DNA of 64,000 bases from Gemmatimonadota bacterium (GTDB lineage: Bacteria > Gemmatimonadota > Gemmatimonadetes > Palauibacterales > Palauibacteraceae). Shown piece after piece: positions 59,726-64,000 of the stretch (position 1 is the stretch's first letter; every line of letters begins with the position of its first letter). The position numbers and the translations under genes are program-made. The notes under the pieces were generated by a model, which was not told where the DNA came from, ran no database searches, and worked only from the letters and a program-made list of their open reading frames with translations. The stretch is from NCBI GenBank assembly GCA_039587395.1, contig JBDHIQ010000002.1, positions 1,171 through 65,170 of the forward strand, given 5' to 3'.

Positions 59726-61258
59726 ATGACCCAGGAGCCCACAAGCGAAACCGGCGCCGGCAATGAAGCCAGCCGGCCGGACCAGGCCGCGCCCCCACAC
59801 CCGGACCTGCGTGGCGATGACTTCCGGGCGGCCGCCAGGCGGGTGGCCGACTGGGTGGCGGACTACAGGGAGAGGGCGGAGGAACTGCCGGTACGGGCAC
59901 AGGTCGAGCCCGGGGAAGTGGCGAGCGCGCTGGCGGCCTCCCCTCCCGAGCTGGGCGAACCGCTCGATCACATCCTTGACGACGTGGACCGGATCATCCT
60001 GCCCGGTTTGACACACTGGAACCACCCGGGTTTCCTGGCCTACTTCCCGAGCTCGGCCACCGCGCCGGCGCTGCTGGGCGAGTTCGTGACGGCCGGCCTG
60101 GGCTCCAACGCGATGCTGTGGCTCACATCCCCTGCCGGCACGGAACTGGAAGAGCGCGTGGTAGACTGGCTCCGCCAGGCGGTCGGCCTGCCGCCCGAGT
60201 TCAGGGGAGTGATACAGGACACGGCCTCCTCCTCCAGCTTCACTGCACTGCTCGCCGCGCGTCAGGCCGCCGGGCTGGAGATCCGGCGACTCGGCCTGGC
60301 GGGACGCTCCGATCTGCCAGCCCTGATTGTCTACGTCTCCGACCAGGCACACCTGTCCATCGAGAAGGGGGCGATCGCGGCCGGGCTGGGCCAGACGAAC
60401 GTGCGGGCCATTCCGTCCGATTCCGAGTTTTGCATGGACCCGGAGGCCCTGCGCCAGGCCGTGCGGAGCGATCGGGAAGCGGGGCGCCGGCCGCTGTTCG
60501 TATGCGCCACGCTGGGGACTACCTCCTCCGCGAGCGTGGATCCGGTGAGTGAGATCGCGGACATCGCGCTTGAAGAGGGCATGTGGCTGCACGTGGACGC
60601 AGCGTACGCCGGACCGGCGGCGATCCTGCCGGAGCTCCGGGAGCGGTTCGCAGGCTGGGAGCGGGCGGACAGTCTGGTGCTGAACCCGCACAAGTGGATG
60701 GGGGCGCTGGTGGACTGCAGCGTCCTGCTGTTTCGCGATCCGGGTGTCTTTCGGGCCTCGCTGGCCCTTACCCCGGAGTACGTACGCACGGGAGTGGAGG
60801 GTGTCACAAACCTGATGGACTACGGTCTGCCGATGGGCCGGCGGTTTCGGGCCCTCAAGCTGTGGTTCCTGTTTCGGAACTTCGGCCTGGAGGGCCTGCG
60901 GAGCCTGTTGCGCGCCCACATTGAGTGGGCCACGCGGTTCGCGGGCTGGGTGGAGCACGACCCCCGCTTTGAGCTGCTGGCACCTGTGTCGTTCAGCACG
61001 GTCTGCTTCCGGGCGACCGGCGCCGCGCGCCGACCCGGACAGACGGCGCCACGGAACCCGGAGGAGGTTGATGAGTTGAACCGCAGGCTTCTGGACGCAG
61101 TGAACAGGACCGGCCGCGTGTTCATGTCGCACACTGTGTTGCACGATCGTTATACTTTGCGGCTGGCGGTCGGGAGCGTGCACAACCGGGCCGCGGATGT
61201 GGAGGCCGCGTACCGCGGTCTGTCCGAAGCGCTGGACGCGCTTCTGAACACGGACTGA
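59726..61258 (+). CDS. pyridoxal-dependent (group II, aromatic-L-amino-acid/tyrosine-type) decarboxylase
   Basis: ATG 59726 in frame with ORF 59654..61258. HWNHPGFLAYFPS, DAAYAGPA, PLP-lysine motif LNPHKWM. Confidence 0.9.
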   Translation: MTQEPTSETGAGNEASRPDQAAPPHPDLRGDDFRAAARRVADWVADYRERAEELPVRAQVEPGEVASALAASPPELGEPLDHILDDVDRIILPGLTHWNHPGFLAYFPSSATAPALLGEFVTAGLGSNAMLWLTSPAGTELEERVVDWLRQAVGLPPEFRGVIQDTASSSSFTALLAARQAAGLEIRRLGLAGRSDLPALIVYVSDQAHLSIEKGAIAAGLGQTNVRAIPSDSEFCMDPEALRQAVRSDREAGRRPLFVCATLGTTSSASVDPVSEIADIALEEGMWLHVDAAYAGPAAILPELRERFAGWERADSLVLNPHKWMGALVDCSVLLFRDPGVFRASLALTPEYVRTGVEGVTNLMDYGLPMGRRFRALKLWFLFRNFGLEGLRSLLRAHIEWATRFAGWVEHDPRFELLAPVSFSTVCFRATGAARRPGQTAPRNPEEVDELNRRLLDAVNRTGRVFMSHTVLHDRYTLRLAVGSVHNRAADVEAAYRGLSEALDALLNTD

Positions 61259-61300
61259 GCCGCCGACGAAGAGAGCGGCTGGCCCTACAGCTGAAAAGAG

Positions 61301-62077
61301 ATGGGAGAATCCATGATACACGTAACGTCCTCCGTCCGGCGCGGCGCCATGGCCGGTCTAATTGTACTCGTTTCGGTCGTGGCCGGATCGGCTTGTACGC
61401 CGGACGCGAACGGGGCCCAGGAAGCGTCAGTCGTCCCAACGGATCTGCAGGTGGCGTCGGAGCGGGCGGACAAGGCGCGCATCAAGGGGGACGACGACGC
61501 GATGGTTCGTATCGTGGAAATCTCCGACTTCGAGTGCCCATACTGCGCACAGTTCTACTCGGACACCTATCATGCGCTGGACAGCCTGTACGTGCAGACA
61601 GGGAAGGTCAGCTACGTTTGGATCTCGTACGCCAACCCCGGGCACCCGCGGGCCTGGCCGTCCATCGAAGCCGCCTTCTGCGCCGGAACGGTCGGGAAAT
61701 TCTGGCCCATGCACAGTATTCTTTTCGAGCGCCAGGCCGAGTGGCGCCAGGCCGAGAACCTGTTCGATCTGTTCGTGGAGTATGCGGTCGAGTTGAATAT
61801 CGACGCCGAGTCATTCACGGTCTGCATGCGAGACGATATTCTCGCTCCCATGCAGGTGAGGGACTACACGAACGTGGTCCGGGCAGGGATCAGCAGCACA
61901 CCGTACTTCATCATCGGCGACAGTGTGGCGGTGCGTGGCGCCGCGCCCCTGGAGACGTTCACGGCGGCTATCGACACTATGCTGGTGATCCGTACGGCTG
62001 AGGCGGCCAGCGCAGACGCCGAGCAGCCGGCCGCGGCCGAGAGGACCGAAGAGAATCCCGATCAGCCCGACCAGTAG
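61301..62077 (+). CDS. DsbA-family thiol:disulfide oxidoreductase lipoprotein
   Basis: Lipobox VSVVAGSAC and thioredoxin-fold active site FECPYCAQF. The start may be ATG 61313. Confidence 0.8.
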   Translation: MGESMIHVTSSVRRGAMAGLIVLVSVVAGSACTPDANGAQEASVVPTDLQVASERADKARIKGDDDAMVRIVEISDFECPYCAQFYSDTYHALDSLYVQTGKVSYVWISYANPGHPRAWPSIEAAFCAGTVGKFWPMHSILFERQAEWRQAENLFDLFVEYAVELNIDAESFTVCMRDDILAPMQVRDYTNVVRAGISSTPYFIIGDSVAVRGAAPLETFTAAIDTMLVIRTAEAASADAEQPAAAERTEENPDQPDQ

Positions 62078-62101
62078 GCTCTAGCCGGCAGCAGGCTTTA
62101 T

Positions 62102-62812
62102 CTAGCCGGCGCGAAACACTTCTCTGATTCGCTCGAGCGCCTCCGAAGCCACGGAGGCGCCACGGGCGAACACGCGGGCCAGCTCCCGTTCTTCCGTTCC
62201 CACCAGCGGGATGTCGAACGTGAAGTGGACAGAGATACCGGCCGGCCGGACACCGCCCTCCGAGCTAGCCCAGCCGACGTCCGGGTCCAGCGCACCCTCG
62301 ATGTGAACCTCCACGGCATCGGCGTCCTCGCCGATCTGGCGCGCCATGTTCGTGAGGCGGGCGGCCAGCCGCTCGTTCGTGGCGGGGTTGGATTCCCGCT
62401 CGTCGAGCCACAGCGGCGGTGGTGCGACGTCTACCCCGAGCAGGCCGAGCATGACGTTGGGGTCGTAAAGGAAATCGTCGGCACTTTGCGGTTTGTCGGC
62501 CGCCGGCTCGGTCTCCGCAGGGAGCGAGGTCGGAGCATGCCTCAGATAAGTGGCCAGGCCGTCGACACCGATGTTCGCTAGCCCCAGCGCCATCTCATCG
62601 ATGGAGAGCTCGACCAGGGCCGTCGGGATCTGAAGATGGTCCACCGCTCCGGATTCGAGGATATCGAGCTCGGATTGGTCCAGAGCGACCACGCGAAAGT
62701 ACCAGGACAGTGGCTCCTGCCGCCCGTCAAACAGGTCCCGCACCCCCAGACCGGCGCGGCGCAGCTCGCCCAGAAGGCTGGCGCCCATCTCATGGCGTGT
62801 CAGTTGGGTCAC
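62102..62812 (-). CDS. hypothetical protein
   Basis: 236 aa ORF with normal composition. No signal peptide and no recognised motif. Confidence 0.5.
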   Translation of the reverse strand: MTQLTRHEMGASLLGELRRAGLGVRDLFDGRQEPLSWYFRVVALDQSELDILESGAVDHLQIPTALVELSIDEMALGLANIGVDGLATYLRHAPTSLPAETEPAADKPQSADDFLYDPNVMLGLLGVDVAPPPLWLDERESNPATNERLAARLTNMARQIGEDADAVEVHIEGALDPDVGWASSEGGVRPAGISVHFTFDIPLVGTEERELARVFARGASVASEALERIREVFRAG

Positions 62813-62875
62813 GGGCAGCTCACAGTTCGCACGTATTGGTCGAGTCGGCCGCCCGCGGCCAAAGCACGCATAGAC

Positions 62876-63460
62876 TCAGCCGCCTGAGATCATCACGTGG
62901 GCAGTCGGTTTCCCCGGGAACATCAGCCACGGCCCGCCACCTCGCGGACTGGCCGGTATCCCCGTGGCCTCGGATGTGGCATACGACAGGTAGACCACCG
63001 TCAGCCGCTTGAGGCTGCCGACGTCTGCCGGAGTCTCCCCGAACAGCTGGTGCAGAGCGGCCGGTTGCCCCGGGAAGGAGAGGTCCCCGGCCTCGATCTC
63101 TTCCCAGCGGCGGGCGATGGACTCCTGTCCGGCCACGCCCTGCGCACGCAGCTCACGCCCACGGCTCATGTACGCGGCCAGGCTCTCGTGGTAGCAGGCC
63201 ACCTGGAAGCCCTCGCCATTCGGATCGTCCGCCAAGCACACGAAGCGGCCGGTTCCCTGCCTGAGTGTGACGAGTTCCTCGTCCCGGTAGCCCAGCACGG
63301 TTGCCCCCGCCCGTTCCTCTTCGGGGAGAGGCAGCAGGGCGGCTTCGATCTGTCCACCCTGGGCCAGCAAGGACGAGGTAGCTCCCTGCGCCGCGATCAG
63401 CACGACGGCGACGGCTGCCAGGATTGCGCCGGGGGGAGGCCGGCGGGCGGGCTGATGCAT
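62876..63460 (-). CDS. secreted hypothetical protein
   Basis: Start taken at ATG 63460 (MHQPARRPPPGAILAAVAVVLIAAQGA signal peptide). No family recognised. Confidence 0.55.
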   Translation of the reverse strand: MHQPARRPPPGAILAAVAVVLIAAQGATSSLLAQGGQIEAALLPLPEEERAGATVLGYRDEELVTLRQGTGRFVCLADDPNGEGFQVACYHESLAAYMSRGRELRAQGVAGQESIARRWEEIEAGDLSFPGQPAALHQLFGETPADVGSLKRLTVVYLSYATSEATGIPASPRGGGPWLMFPGKPTAHVMISGG

Positions 63461-63766
63461 GGATCCTCCTCTGTTCCGTTTCGATGGCCGGCTCGCGCCC
63501 GGTGAATCAACCGCGCGCAGCCGATCGGCCGGGCCTGTGGAGGTGGCCGATCGTGGTCGAGGTCGGCGTAATAACGCGAGTCGAGGCGCCGGATGCAACC
63601 AATCCTGGCCTGCTGGACCGGACTACCCTGGACAGGTGCGGAACCGACCGCGACGTCACCCATTGCGGCCCGGGAAGGTGCGTTGAATCTTCCGGGGTTT
63701 GCTGGGCTGTTCTGGAGAGCCGTAGAGCTTCACACGAACCCACATCGAGTTCTGGAAGCGACTGTC

Positions 63767-64000
63767 ATGTCCATTAAGATAGCTATTCCCAAGGAAGTCC
63801 TGGCTGGTGAGACCCGGGTCGCCATGGCGCCCGACGGCGTCCGCCGGATGAGTTCGGACGATGTCTCGTTCCTCGTTCAGTCCGGGGCCGGCTCGTCCGC
63901 CTCGTACAGCGACGAGGATTACCGCGAGGTTGGCGCGGAGATCGTGGGCGACGCGGCCGGCCTGTACGGGCAGGCGGACGTCGTCCTGAAGATCAACAAG
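63767..64000 (+). CDS. pntA: NAD(P) transhydrogenase subunit alpha, N-terminal fragment (runs off the right edge)
   Basis: Read from the sequence: MSIKIAIPKEVLAGETRVAMAPDGVRRM...SGAGSSASYSDEDYREVGAEIV...ADVVLKINK. This matches the PntA/alanine-dehydrogenase N-terminal pattern. Confidence 0.8.
   Translation, partial: MSIKIAIPKEVLAGETRVAMAPDGVRRMSSDDVSFLVQSGAGSSASYSDEDYREVGAEIVGDAAGLYGQADVVLKINK

Overview
High-GC (roughly two-thirds G+C) bacterial chromosomal window. It is almost entirely housekeeping genes and is very tightly packed. All calls rest on motif recognition in the supplied translations and on reading the DNA by eye; no homology or covariance search was run.

Gene content:
- Positions 252-10990 are a plus-strand block: creatininase-family protein, a secreted hypothetical, a Yip1-type membrane protein, a MacAB-like efflux set (adaptor, ATPase, two FtsX-type permeases), a BshB1-like deacetylase, cysteine desulfurase and mnmA. 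One opposite-strand HIRAN-like ORF sits inside this block.
- From 10992 to 59549 about 45 of 46 genes are on the minus strand, in this order: dnaJ, grpE, cinA-C, pgsA, recR, ybaB, dnaX, SRP RNA, yraN, DAHP synthase, an MBL hydrolase, smc, two SPOR-domain proteins, rsfS, rplI, DUF2232, rpsR, rpsF, hppA, pth, rplY, prs.
- That run then holds a 6 kb non-core insert (MscS, PQQ-dehydrogenase, thioredoxin-domain protein, a seven-bladed RCC1 lipoprotein).
- It continues with tRNA-Gln, ispE, a frame-disrupted UPF0104 membrane gene, pdxJ, DUF2520, hflX, rarA, cca, an SDR, alaS, recX, recA, ltaE, a small TM/zinc-ribbon protein, a TIGR00725 protein, dtd and a Upf1-like SF1 helicase.
- The right end carries a PLP decarboxylase, a DsbA-like protein, two hypotheticals and the start of pntA.

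I saw no CRISPR array, transposase, integrase, rRNA or recognisable defence or biosynthetic cluster.

The most unusual locus is the 756 bp gap between the helicase and dtd (56790-57545). It has a near-consensus minus-strand promoter followed by about 450 nt of hairpin-dense sequence with UUCG, GAAA and GCAA tetraloops. That sequence matches no RNA family I can recognise. It is bracketed by two near-identical T/A-run direct repeats and followed by three phased DnaA-box-like repeats.

Other points worth a second look:
- a degenerate P-loop/TM/2xSPOR protein coupled to a SPOR lipoprotein just upstream of smc;
- the +1 frame break in the UPF0104 gene;
- an encoded polyacidic tail on ribosomal protein S6.
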